64,000 nt of DNA, taken from the IMG/VR virus record IMGVR_UViG_3300037312_000757; one strand, written 5' to 3'. Positions 1 through 9,009 of this stretch are shown here, piece by piece. Source of the DNA: a virus (Duplodnaviria; Heunggongvirae; Uroviricota; Caudoviricetes). The notes beneath the pieces were generated by a model. That model was not told the origin of the DNA and ran no database searches. It was given only the letters and a program-made list of their open reading frames with translations. Each line of letters opens with the position of its first letter. Position 1 is the first letter of the stretch. Position numbers and translations under genes: made by a program.

Positions 1-191
1 GCCCATGTTGGACTGCCAGAACCACTTGCGCGGACAAAACGCACCATGAACAGATAACGGGGGCGTGGTGCCCCCGCATAGTTCTGAGCATTTGCGTTGA
101 ACGCCTGTTGGTTTTGACCAAAGACTGTCGCCGCATCCCCGGACCCGGCGAAAATAACCGGGTTACCGAAATTGTCAGTTCTTGTTGCCAT
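1..191 (-). CDS. Second tail-tube-like protein, N-terminal part (runs off window)
   Basis: Hand translation from ATG 191: MATRTDNFGNPVIF...APRPRYLFMVRF, resembling PKAKYKFRVRV of the adjacent tube protein; starts 4 nt after its stop. Confidence 0.6.
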   Translation of the reverse strand, partial: MATRTDNFGNPVIFAGSGDAATVFGQNQQAFNANAQNYAGAPRPRYLFMVRFVRASGSGSPTW

Positions 192-195
192 TCAA

Positions 196-783
196 TTAAC
201 CAAGCATTGAGCCGGTCAGCAATTGAACTGTTGTTGGCATCAAGCCACCGCTCTGTGTTGCGTTGTCGTAACGGACAGTCATTGTGATTGTCATGAATTC
301 TGAGCTTGAGTACTCGAACTCGTCGTATTCGACGTCAGCCAAGAAGCAGCCTTCCAGGTACCATTGTTCCAGAACAGTGTCATCACCACCGTCCAGAGTT
401 TCAATGTACATGTTGAACTTGTAGTTGATACCAGCCAATGCACTTGTTTGATCGAAGTGGTTCAGCTGTTTCTGAACTTGGTAACCAACCAGTGTTGAAA
501 CTGAGTTAGTAACGTCGTCACGAACCTTCAGACTGAGCGTTTCGAACTGGCCCTTGCCAGGGTAGTACATTGTTGAGTTGTATGAGTGTACAGCTACTGG
601 TTCGTGTGAAATCTTTGGGCGCCCAACAGAAACGACCTGTTGTGACAGCTCTGTACCACCTTGCAGTGGACCAAAGTTAATTACACGGACACGGAACTTG
701 TACTTTGCCTTTGGTTGCAGAATACCACCACGGCCAGCACCGCTACCAAGTGGCACACCAAAGCGTGAAAGTGTAGAAGACAT
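196..783 (-). CDS. gp19: Tail tube protein
   Basis: gp19-like sequence (QPKAKYKFRV, WYLEGCF, ITMTVRYDNA); downstream of sheath; GGAGG SD before ATG 783. Confidence 0.9.
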   Translation of the reverse strand: MSSTLSRFGVPLGSGAGRGGILQPKAKYKFRVRVINFGPLQGGTELSQQVVSVGRPKISHEPVAVHSYNSTMYYPGKGQFETLSLKVRDDVTNSVSTLVGYQVQKQLNHFDQTSALAGINYKFNMYIETLDGGDDTVLEQWYLEGCFLADVEYDEFEYSSSEFMTITMTVRYDNATQSGGLMPTTVQLLTGSMLG

Positions 784-814
784 ATCGTCCCTCCAAAGTT
801 GGATATCCAACTCG

Positions 815-822
815 TATTTATA
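815..822 (-). promoter_or_regulatory. T4-type late promoter TATAAATA for tail tube
   Basis: Exact T4 late consensus upstream of tube ATG; gp55 is encoded in this window. Confidence 0.8.
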
Positions 823-849
823 GGAGAACGATATAGACGCAGATAATTC

Positions 850-1086
850 AGATGAAAGTGCTCATGGTTTCCTCCACTACGTATTGGAGGCGGTTTTCTT
901 GCCGACCGGACAGGCAAACCATGAACATGTCCTAGTGGCCTATGCGTGTAATCTCACGCGTGCTTTTCTACCCCTCAGAGCTACCCGAGACCTACCATTG
1001 CGCGGACGGCTTCCGCAGCCTAGTCACCAGTAGAAAGCTTTATAGGTTCAGGACATACGTCCTTTGACCACTAGCTTTACAGCTTC
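850..1086 (-). ncRNA. Candidate structured non-coding RNA, family unrecognised
   Basis: At least 9 nested helices, G-U pairs favour the minus strand, own sigma70-type promoter, no credible long ORF. Confidence 0.65.
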
Positions 1087-1090
1087 GTGT

Positions 1091-1119
1091 ATATTAGCGA
1101 TTAGCTAATTGCCAATCAA
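1091..1119 (-). promoter_or_regulatory. Sigma70-type promoter TTGATT-N17-TAATAT
   Basis: -35 at 1114-1119, -10 at 1091-1096, 17-nt spacer, directly upstream of the structured region. Confidence 0.6.
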
Positions 1120-1123
1120 TATT

Positions 1124-1453
1124 TTATTTCAATCTTGTGACTTCCATCGCCACTTCAATTCTGCGTCTAGTGGTAGTAGTCATACGATATGACTTCATAA
1201 CCTCAACTGGCAGGAAATAAAAGGTACGGACCTTTTTCTTGGTACCAATTGGGGGAAATGCATTACGGATTCCACCCTTCATCAGAGTGTGGTAACTGCG
1301 CCAGTATGCTCGAGATTCAGTGTATCCCTTGTTGCGAATGATTCCGCTGAAACGGCGGAAGACTTCAGCATGATCCTCAGCCTCCACCAAATATGTGGTG
1401 GTTGGCAGATCAATGTTGTGAAATCTAACCTTGAAATTTCTTGTAGTTTTCAT
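1124..1453 (-). CDS. Hypothetical basic protein
   Basis: ORF; start moved to ATG 1453, downstream of the sheath terminator. Confidence 0.55.
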   Translation of the reverse strand: MKTTRNFKVRFHNIDLPTTTYLVEAEDHAEVFRRFSGIIRNKGYTESRAYWRSYHTLMKGGIRNAFPPIGTKKKVRTFYFLPVEVMKSYRMTTTTRRRIEVAMEVTRLK

Positions 1454-1467
1454 ACCTGAAATGATAA

Positions 1468-1501
1468 AAGCTCCGCCAATTATATGCAATTGGCGGAGCT
1501 T
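1468..1501 (-). terminator. Intrinsic terminator after tail sheath
   Basis: 14-bp inverted repeat AAGCTCCGCCAATT/AATTGGCGGAGCTT followed by T residues on the minus strand. Confidence 0.75.
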
Positions 1502-1523
1502 CGTGTTGCTTAAAATTCAGCTA

Positions 1524-4403
1524 TTAGTGTGTCGCACCAGTATTCTGGATACGGACTGGCAAGTAGATGAATTCGATTGACTTGATTGGCTGGATGTAGA
1601 TATCGCACCACAATTCATTTGCGTCAATACGTGCTGGTGTGTTGTTTGTTGTATCGCAAACCACAGCATAGTCATTCAGCGCTTGCAGACCAACCAGGCC
1701 ACTCAGGAAGCGGTCAATTGCTGTCTTGAACGCATCACGTGTTTGCTGGTCATTCTGTTCGAACAGGAATGGCTTAGCAACCAGATCCAATTGATACTGC
1801 AGGTAAGCACAGAGACGTGAAACGTTCACACGATCTGTTGCTTCTGATGTTGGATCCAGTGTCTTCTGACCGTACACAACCAAACCGCGGTTTGGAATGT
1901 AAGCGATCGGGTTGATGCGGTTTTCGTACAGCGTATCACGTTGACCTGGGTTCAGGATAACTGTTGTGAACTCGTCATTGTTTGTTGAATCCAAGTAACC
2001 AACTGATGTTGCGTTTGAAACCAGACCACGCGTAAAGCCCGCTGGAGCAAACCATGGGTAAGCGATTTGGTCGTTGTACGCATATGTGTACAGTGCGATT
2101 GTTGATGGTGGAACCACAACGTTTGAACCGTCAATGTTTGTGCTGTAACCCCATGGGTAGTACAGAGCAACATGTGAGTTCTTTGTTACCAGACCATCAT
2201 CACCGTCTGTCGCCACATTGTTTGTATTTGATGCCCAACGTGAGACTGATGTGCTATCTGGCGCCAAACGTGCTGGTGTATCACCAACTACGAATGCCAC
2301 ATTCTTACAATCCGTGTTCAATGTGACCATGTCGCTCAGCAGTTCAACATAGCCTGGGCAAGCGATCAGGTTGAAATGCACAACTTCAGAACGGATGTCC
2401 TGGTTGCTTACAAACTGAGCTGCCAATGCCTTCACGATCATCTGGCGTTGTGCCTTACGGCCCATGTATGGGGAACCGTCAGTCTTGTTACCAGATGCTG
2501 TAACCCAACGACCAGCTGATGCAACCGCTGGGAATGTAGTGTCACCCACATCGTATGAGTTTTGTGTGAAGTCTGAAGCTGTTTCGAAACCACCCTTCTT
2601 GAACCAGTTTGGCTTCCATTCCTTCACGTTATATGTTGAGTAACGTGTGTTGAACAGCATCATGCCCAGTGGGTATGTACGTGCATCTGGAGCATCTGGA
2701 TCACAGTAAGCTGACAGTGTCAGGTCACCAGCTGCTGTTGAGTTGAATTGATAGTTTGAACCAGCACCTTGGTATGATGGACCGCTGTTTGCACGGGCAT
2801 CAGCAAATACCACACCGTATGGTGATGTCTGGTCGGCGTTGTCTACCAATGTCCACTCAGCGGTTGCTGCGGTGTAACGATAGATTGCTGGGTAGTTCTC
2901 TGTATCTGATGTGTCGATCCACAGGTCATTATCAACCAGGATTGTACCGTCACTTTGCAGTGATGGTTGTGAACCTGCCAGAATTACGCCCTTTGGATCT
3001 GTATTTGGATACAATGTGCGGTAACCAACCCAACGTTCACCATCTTGGTTAACCATCATGTCAACCTTGAAGTCTGTGTTGTACCAGAAAGTACCTTCAG
3101 CTGGTGTTGTTGTTGGTGCTGTTGCGCTTTGTTCAAATACCAGGTCGTTCCATGATGCGCCATCGTACATACGCAAATCGAAACTTGCTGTAGCGTAGCC
3201 ATTCAGTGGAGCGGCATTGTACTTTACGTACACTGAGTACGCTACCAGACCAGTAATTGAAGTTGAAGCTGTTGTGTCATCTGCGTACAGACCAACTGTC
3301 TTAGTTGTCCATGCACCTGATGATGTGCTGTACTGCTTAACAACGTAGTTCGCACCTTGGTTTGGTGTTGTTGTCTTGATCCAAACGTCACCCTGTGTGC
3401 TGCCTTGTGGAATCTTGTTGTTTGGCGCAAATGTGAGCTTGACGCTCTTAAATGTGCCAGCTGTCAGACCCATGAAAGCCAGTGGTGTGTTTGTGCTGTT
3501 AGCCAGAACCATATCAACAGCGTATGACAGGATGATTCGACCAGATGAGTCATATGATGCTGTGATCAGACCAGTTTGGTTTGAACCACCAATTGCTGTG
3601 TTGATTGCTGTAACGATACCAGCAGCAGATTGATCTGAACCAATAACGACTGCAACACCGTTAATTGTGAATGAGTCACCGTTTGCTACTGTTGCTGATG
3701 TTGAACCAGCTGGTGCTGATGCACGCAGAATGTTCTTCGCCAGTGTCCACGCCTTGGAACCAATTGGGTACCAAGAGCTAACGTTGTTTGTATTGATGCG
3801 CTCAAACATCACGAATGGTGCATTAGCTGTCACAATACCGAAGTCACCGTCCTGACCCAGTGTCGCGAGAGGGTAGCCGTTGCTATCGAGCTCTGATGCG
3901 TCACCATACACTGTGACTGCCTTAACGTTGAATGGGTTCAGGCTTGTGTCGCCTGAGCTTTGGAAAGCACCAAACAGAGTGTCAGCAGTGTCAAACCAGA
4001 AAGTACCATTAACTGGCGCGCCAGCTGGTGCTACTTCATTTGGTGACAGTTGAGCTAGGTCGATATCAGCGCGGAGTGCATAAATGCTGTTGCTGATGCC
4101 AAGATATTGATAAGCGGCGTGCAAGCCGAATTCGTTAAGTTCGGAACCGTAAACTGTTGTCCCGTTAACTGAGTCGAAATGTGGATTACCGAATGTCTGA
4201 ATTAGCTCACGTTGGCTAGTGATGTTGTACAACTGGCCAGCAGTACCCGGAACAGTACCAGGAGCTACGCCTGAACCTGTTGGGGAAGCTTTGTTTTCTT
4301 CTGTTGCGAAAACAATCAGAGGGACGGTACCAGTACCGGACGAAGTATAAAATGACTCGTCCGTAATCTCGACGTCTACGCCGGGACTGAGCAATGTTGC
4401 CAT
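1524..4403 (-). CDS. gp18: Contractile tail sheath protein with large inserted domains
   Basis: LLSPGVDVEITDES N-terminus; YPWFAPAGFTRG, RDTLYENRINPI, YGQKTL, DRVNVSRL, IQPIKSIEFIY; GGAGG SD. Confidence 0.95.
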   Translation of the reverse strand: MATLLSPGVDVEITDESFYTSSGTGTVPLIVFATEENKASPTGSGVAPGTVPGTAGQLYNITSQRELIQTFGNPHFDSVNGTTVYGSELNEFGLHAAYQYLGISNSIYALRADIDLAQLSPNEVAPAGAPVNGTFWFDTADTLFGAFQSSGDTSLNPFNVKAVTVYGDASELDSNGYPLATLGQDGDFGIVTANAPFVMFERINTNNVSSWYPIGSKAWTLAKNILRASAPAGSTSATVANGDSFTINGVAVVIGSDQSAAGIVTAINTAIGGSNQTGLITASYDSSGRIILSYAVDMVLANSTNTPLAFMGLTAGTFKSVKLTFAPNNKIPQGSTQGDVWIKTTTPNQGANYVVKQYSTSSGAWTTKTVGLYADDTTASTSITGLVAYSVYVKYNAAPLNGYATASFDLRMYDGASWNDLVFEQSATAPTTTPAEGTFWYNTDFKVDMMVNQDGERWVGYRTLYPNTDPKGVILAGSQPSLQSDGTILVDNDLWIDTSDTENYPAIYRYTAATAEWTLVDNADQTSPYGVVFADARANSGPSYQGAGSNYQFNSTAAGDLTLSAYCDPDAPDARTYPLGMMLFNTRYSTYNVKEWKPNWFKKGGFETASDFTQNSYDVGDTTFPAVASAGRWVTASGNKTDGSPYMGRKAQRQMIVKALAAQFVSNQDIRSEVVHFNLIACPGYVELLSDMVTLNTDCKNVAFVVGDTPARLAPDSTSVSRWASNTNNVATDGDDGLVTKNSHVALYYPWGYSTNIDGSNVVVPPSTIALYTYAYNDQIAYPWFAPAGFTRGLVSNATSVGYLDSTNNDEFTTVILNPGQRDTLYENRINPIAYIPNRGLVVYGQKTLDPTSEATDRVNVSRLCAYLQYQLDLVAKPFLFEQNDQQTRDAFKTAIDRFLSGLVGLQALNDYAVVCDTTNNTPARIDANELWCDIYIQPIKSIEFIYLPVRIQNTGATH

Positions 4404-4434
4404 GTGGGTATCCTCCAAAAATTACTTTGTAGAG

Positions 4435-4442
4435 TATTTATC
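4435..4442 (-). promoter_or_regulatory. Late promoter GATAAATA (sheath)
   Basis: NATAAATA upstream of sheath SD. Confidence 0.7.
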
Positions 4443-4478
4443 TGGAGTTACCCGAAACTGCGCACTTCTTACATTAAG

Positions 4479-5069
4479 TTAGCTGTTTATTTGTAATGGC
4501 GTGTAACCCATAAGCGCCCTAATCGCCTGTTTGCCAGCTTGGTTGAGATCGCGAGTACCCACACCCGCCCATATACCGGAAGGGGATGGTGGTGCCTCTA
4601 TTGCTGTCCAATCACTATGTTCGCGCTTGTACCAGACTTCCTCGTCTTGGTCGAACACGTAGCACTCAGGATTTTCGGGGTGGAGATCCAGATACATCTG
4701 CGTGGCCCATGCCGTGCCACCCTGAACCTTGCCTTTCTTGATCGTTGATACCGCATAGACTGAATTCGAATTACCAACTTGATAATAATTGCGACGCAGC
4801 AGGTTGATAACCCATGGTTTGTCGAATGGTAGCTTTCGCTCCAAACTTACATTGGCTACCTTCAAATGCTCGTCAGCCAAGATCAACAAATCATAAGGAA
4901 TACGAACTAACTCAGTTTCCGGAGCATCGCTTTTATGACCGTCGAAACTCCAGTGAATAACTTGGTGACCGGCCATACCAGCGCACATTCCCCACTGCAA
5001 ATCTGCGCCAATGGCTCCGCCTGACATACAGACATTCGCGTTATCAAAAACATTTACGGCAACTTGCAT
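4479..5069 (-). CDS. SLOG-superfamily (YpsA/MoCo-carrier-like) protein
   Basis: SGGAIGAD, RRNYYQV, GGTAWA and AGVGTR motifs. Confidence 0.65.
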   Translation of the reverse strand: MQVAVNVFDNANVCMSGGAIGADLQWGMCAGMAGHQVIHWSFDGHKSDAPETELVRIPYDLLILADEHLKVANVSLERKLPFDKPWVINLLRRNYYQVGNSNSVYAVSTIKKGKVQGGTAWATQMYLDLHPENPECYVFDQDEEVWYKREHSDWTAIEAPPSPSGIWAGVGTRDLNQAGKQAIRALMGYTPLQINS

Positions 5070-5695
5070 ATAGTTTTAACTCGTTGATGCAACTCTTCAG
5101 CAGGACAGTCATTTTCTACGACATAGTCGATCAATGGACTACCAATCCAAGCCCACTCACTTATGTGAACATCCTTGTAAGTGGTCATCATTTGATCGAA
5201 GTATTCATCATGACTATCTCGATCAGGAATATTTGCCCACTCGGCAATGTCATACCACACTGGTTCTGGGCCACGCTTTATTCGAATAATACCGCCACCC
5301 AAATCCTTGATCATTTTCATCTCATTGGGGAAGCGACAATCAGTAATCACCCAGTCACCACCAGTCTTTCTGATCTGATTCTCGACTGCGTAGATCCAGA
5401 TATTGTCGTTGAAATGGTTCCTGATTGTATCAGTACCGATTTGTTGGAATGCGCGCCGTGGACTGAAGCCGGGACGTCTCAGCTTTTCAGCCCACCACAA
5501 ATCTGTTTCTTCGCGCTTTAGACGACTCTCAATGTCAGTGCCCTCAAGCATTTGTCGATCCCAACCAAATATGGCTGCGCAACAATCCTTGAGAACACCA
5601 GCAAATGAGGTCCTTTGATATCCTTGTTCGACCAAGGGCTGTGATGCAGTATCTTTACCTGAGCCTTTGAAGCCCACGAAACCAATAATTTTCAT
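5054..5695 (-). CDS. Deoxynucleoside monophosphate kinase (T4 gp1-like)
   Basis: P-loop GFKGSGKDT; SFA, PRRAFQQIGTD, VITDCRFPNE, HISE. Confidence 0.92.
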   Translation of the reverse strand: MKIIGFVGFKGSGKDTASQPLVEQGYQRTSFAGVLKDCCAAIFGWDRQMLEGTDIESRLKREETDLWWAEKLRRPGFSPRRAFQQIGTDTIRNHFNDNIWIYAVENQIRKTGGDWVITDCRFPNEMKMIKDLGGGIIRIKRGPEPVWYDIAEWANIPDRDSHDEYFDQMMTTYKDVHISEWAWIGSPLIDYVVENDCPAEELHQRVKTICKLP

Positions 5696-5745
5696 ATGTC
5701 CCTTTGTTGTAATTTTTATGGGAAATTGGTTTCATGATACTGCTC

Positions 5746-6306
5746 TTACTTCAAGTCTTCAATAAACGTACCAAGATGGATAAATTGCTCGTAGCCATCA
5801 AGCAGTTTGATACGCATTGCCGCGTCATCATCAAATAGCACAATCCAGTCGCCTACTTTTTTGTAGGTTCTTGAGCTACAGCCCAGTTCAGTCAGACGTT
5901 CACGAAAAGCTTTGTAGTCCTCCTTGACCTGTACCAGATATTTGGCACCTTCAAACTTGGGGGTGCTTGTGACTTTTTGCCACAGACAAAAGAAGGGATA
6001 GCCATATTTTGTCATGATTGCGACTCGCAGTTTCATTGCTGCAATCGCGTCCTCTGTAGGGATTTCATTGAGGACTTCTGTCGTGTTATCGGGATTTACT
6101 TCCTCGATCACCACCAAACTTGCGAGTGTGGGAGTTCGACCGTTGATATTTCGAATTCTAATTCTTGAACGATCGATATCAAAAGCGGCGTCCAAAGCTG
6201 ATTTGAAAACCTTGCCACTCAGACTAAAGACGCCACCGTGTCCATTCCAGTATTCGCTTGTTTCCTTGTGTTTTACCTTAAATGCGCGTTTAGCCAATTT
6301 CTCCAA
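5746..6306 (-). CDS. Hypothetical protein
   Basis: ORF in operon; near-C-terminal VLFDDDAAMRIKL motif. Confidence 0.6.
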   Translation of the reverse strand: MEKLAKRAFKVKHKETSEYWNGHGGVFSLSGKVFKSALDAAFDIDRSRIRIRNINGRTPTLASLVVIEEVNPDNTTEVLNEIPTEDAIAAMKLRVAIMTKYGYPFFCLWQKVTSTPKFEGAKYLVQVKEDYKAFRERLTELGCSSRTYKKVGDWIVLFDDDAAMRIKLLDGYEQFIHLGTFIEDLK

Positions 6307-6574
6307 AATCCTTCTCGAATGGCTCTGATGCCAGCCACAGCTTGAAGGCTACCATATCGGTCTGCTCTTCGAAGATGAAGAGATGCTTGCCGCTGCCTTC
6401 GTCCATGTGGTACCAGTAGCCTTGCGTCGCATTATACAAATGCTTTTCCGCAATCTCAAAAAGGAACTTCGGCCACGTTTCCTGACGGACACGCATCCAC
6501 TGAAAAGGTGGCTTCAGATCGTGCCACTCTTCAGAAGTGAGTCGCTTACCCATTGTTGTCCCCCAGTAGTTCAC
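6290..6574 (-). CDS. Hypothetical protein
   Basis: ORF overlapping neighbours; FIFEEQTDMVAFKLW motif. Confidence 0.65.
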   Translation of the reverse strand: MNYWGTTMGKRLTSEEWHDLKPPFQWMRVRQETWPKFLFEIAEKHLYNATQGYWYHMDEGSGKHLFIFEEQTDMVAFKLWLASEPFEKDFGEIG

Positions 6575-6956
6575 GAATCTTGTTGTATTCGTCTAGCACA
6601 CGCTGGCCGTCTGCTCGTGTCATTACGCGACACGAGAAGAAGCACGGATAGCCGTTGATCGAACGCGGACCAGCTTCGCTGTAGTATTCGTAGAATACGT
6701 CGATTTCATCTGTCTGCCACTGCTTCAGGGTGATCGGGTCCGCGAAAATCAGAACCATGAACACCGACATCAGCATTTGCTGGCGATGATTTTGATGGAT
6801 TTGGAAGCTGAAGAAGACCTCGTTGCGGTAAAGCTCTTTTGCAAGCTTCTTCACTGCTTCGTCGGTCAGGGGAATGTAAGAGCTGCCCGTGATCGCACCT
6901 TCTTCGATTTCGGGAGGGGCGTCATTGTATTCAGGGCTTCGTTCTTCAGACATCAC
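6546..6956 (-). CDS. Hypothetical protein
   Basis: ORF with AAAGGA SD, first gene after a sigma70-type promoter. Confidence 0.7.
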   Translation of the reverse strand: MMSEERSPEYNDAPPEIEEGAITGSSYIPLTDEAVKKLAKELYRNEVFFSFQIHQNHRQQMLMSVFMVLIFADPITLKQWQTDEIDVFYEYYSEAGPRSINGYPCFFSCRVMTRADGQRVLDEYNKIRELLGDNNG

Positions 6957-6986
6957 GCATCCTTTCTTAAATGATTAGATGCGTGA

Positions 6987-7015
6987 AGTCTAGTACGCCA
7001 TGTGAGCGGCGTCAA
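6987..7015 (-). promoter_or_regulatory. Sigma70-type promoter TTGACG-N17-TAGACT
   Basis: -35 at 7010-7015, -10 at 6987-6992; heads the 6956-4479 operon. Confidence 0.7.
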
Positions 7016-7021
7016 GTGAAT

Positions 7022-8458
7022 TTACAACTGAAGGCGCCAGTAGCCTGGGAAATAGACACCGTCGATAGCCATTTGCCAACGTCCAGCCTGTGGGTCAAAC
7101 TTCAATTGCGCACCTGAGCTCAGGTTAGCCACGAACTGAACCGTGTCAGCCTGCGATGCGTCAAATGAGATCATCCATCCAAGCGGTGTGTTTTCGATGA
7201 TATCACCAGCTGAAGCATTGATGTGGTTGCCCCAGGCATTACCACCAGCCACATCCTCAGTAATCATGTATCGCTGACCAAGAGCGGCTGCTGGAAAAGC
7301 GGAACCGTTCGGTAGGATCTTCCCTGGATAGGTTGTCAACGGGTTGATAATCGCGTTGATCGCGCCAAGTGTGTTGCCTGGAAGTGTGTCTACTTCTACT
7401 TGCCAGATAAGTTCGTTAGGTTGTGAGCCATACTGAATTGAGCCGATCACGTCCAAGTTTGAGTAACCGTCTTCAATACTGTGCATCAATCGCAATGTGC
7501 TGTGCGCTGGCACCAGGGTACCATACTTTTGCAGCAATGTGGCCCAACTGTAGATATTACCATCTTTGTCGGTTTCCTCACCGTCAGCACCAAGCAGTGT
7601 GATAGTATCACCAACAATGCTGATTTGAAAGTCACCTGGTGTTGTGATAACGCGTTGCAGTTGTCCACCAACACCGCCGCCGGACTCGTAGCCAGCAGCG
7701 TCAGGCAATGCATCAGCATGATCCTGATCATGGTAGATCTGTGTTGAATCGTTGTGGATATTCGTAACCACTTGGTGGATCAAGCGTTGCTGCTTGACAA
7801 TAGCAGGTGGTGAGATCCACATCGGCAGCTTGAACGTAAACGTCAAGATGTCGATTTCACTGCTGGTACCAATTGGAATTGCTCGCGAACTCCATGTGAT
7901 ATCATTCAATGTCATTGTTGTCTTCGCTGACCAGTCAACAGCATTGTCTGAGTTCTGAATCTCAAAGCCAACATTGAACATCATGAAGATTTGTTCAAAT
8001 AGCTGATGCTTTTGCAGTTCGTTGCTAGTCCATACGTCAACTTGAAGTGTCACATCTAGTGGATGTGGCATCATGCGAGAAACTGAGTATTGGTGACCCA
8101 ACTCTGAGGTGTATGCGCCAGTGGCTGGATCTACTGCACGTTCATTAACATGCACCGTGCTGATATGAGACGGTGACTGTGTACGGTCTCGATTGAGTTC
8201 CACACCCTTAATGAACACGGTAATCATCGGACATGATGTCATTGTGTTCTCGGAGTTGTTTTGCAGAATATAACCAACTTGACGATTTTGAGTTGCCATG
8301 CGGCAAGGTACGACTCGCAGTTGTTGAGTACCATCTGCGAGTACGCCAGATTGATATTGGAACCCAGAAAACGCACGGATGACTTGAAGCAGATAGCGTT
8401 TAATCTGCTCGTCATAGAAGAAATCGACGGGCGTAAATGTTGGGGTCACTGATGGCAT
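7022..8458 (-). CDS. gp15: Tail terminator / sheath stabiliser with C-terminal extension
   Basis: FFYDEQIKRYLLQVIRAFS, MPHPLDVTLQVDVWT, QLFEQI, FKLPMWISPP. Confidence 0.8.
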   Translation of the reverse strand: MPSVTPTFTPVDFFYDEQIKRYLLQVIRAFSGFQYQSGVLADGTQQLRVVPCRMATQNRQVGYILQNNSENTMTSCPMITVFIKGVELNRDRTQSPSHISTVHVNERAVDPATGAYTSELGHQYSVSRMMPHPLDVTLQVDVWTSNELQKHQLFEQIFMMFNVGFEIQNSDNAVDWSAKTTMTLNDITWSSRAIPIGTSSEIDILTFTFKLPMWISPPAIVKQQRLIHQVVTNIHNDSTQIYHDQDHADALPDAAGYESGGGVGGQLQRVITTPGDFQISIVGDTITLLGADGEETDKDGNIYSWATLLQKYGTLVPAHSTLRLMHSIEDGYSNLDVIGSIQYGSQPNELIWQVEVDTLPGNTLGAINAIINPLTTYPGKILPNGSAFPAAALGQRYMITEDVAGGNAWGNHINASAGDIIENTPLGWMISFDASQADTVQFVANLSSGAQLKFDPQAGRWQMAIDGVYFPGYWRLQL

Positions 8459-8955
8459 TATTGATCGTCCGGTGAAAGGAACAAGTCACGTTCAGCATTA
8501 CGACGGCGAGTCAAGCCAGGCAATGCAACCAATTGGCCATTTTGACGAGCCTTGTTCCATTTTGGAAACTCATTTGCCGCCGCTTGGAAGTTACCAGCAT
8601 TGACATACTTCAACAGAGTTGAGCTCTTCAGATTTGCTGCACCTGCGTTGTAGCAGAAGTCAACCAGAGCGTCGAACTGATTCTGTGTGAGCGGTACTTG
8701 AACCATAGAGTTAACAGCATCAATGAATTGTTGCAGAACTAGCTCGAGCAGTTGTTCGGCTTGATCTACAGTCATTGGTGGTGTTTGCATTGTTACTGCA
8801 TTTGAGTTCAGGTCGATACGGCTACCATAACCAATTGTTGGCAAGCCGATTGGATCCTTGTATGGGTAAACCAGACCTGTTGAACGGTCGTAACGAGCTA
8901 GACCTTCAAATTGCTTGATCAGATCGATACAAGCGTCGCTAATTTCCATTGCCAT
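8458..8955 (-). CDS. Lysozyme (GH24 muramidase)
   Basis: IKQFEG..YKDPIGLPTIGYG (E-D-T), LTQNQFDALVDFCYNAG, LPGLTRRRNAERDLF. Confidence 0.93.
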   Translation of the reverse strand: MAMEISDACIDLIKQFEGLARYDRSTGLVYPYKDPIGLPTIGYGSRIDLNSNAVTMQTPPMTVDQAEQLLELVLQQFIDAVNSMVQVPLTQNQFDALVDFCYNAGAANLKSSTLLKYVNAGNFQAAANEFPKWNKARQNGQLVALPGLTRRRNAERDLFLSPDDQ

Positions 8956-8990
8956 GTTTGTTCTCCTGTAGGCGCAGTTGTGCGCCTACG

Positions 8991-8998
8991 TATTTATG
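8991..8998 (-). promoter_or_regulatory. Late promoter CATAAATA (lysozyme), followed by a 9-bp hairpin at 8968-8989
   Basis: NATAAATA; GTAGGCGCA/TGCGCCTAC stem abuts the AGGAG SD. Confidence 0.65.
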
Positions 8999-9009
8999 GC
9001 AAATGAGAA

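Noticed and set aside
681-917. 78-aa ORF across the structured region
   Set aside because: TTG start without SD, overlaps the tube gene out of frame, no protein-like features
905-930. c-di-GMP-I riboswitch (CAGGCAAACCAT on plus strand)
   Set aside because: Lacks the GAAA-loop P2 and GACGCAAAGC elements; promoter and G-U pairs favour the minus strand
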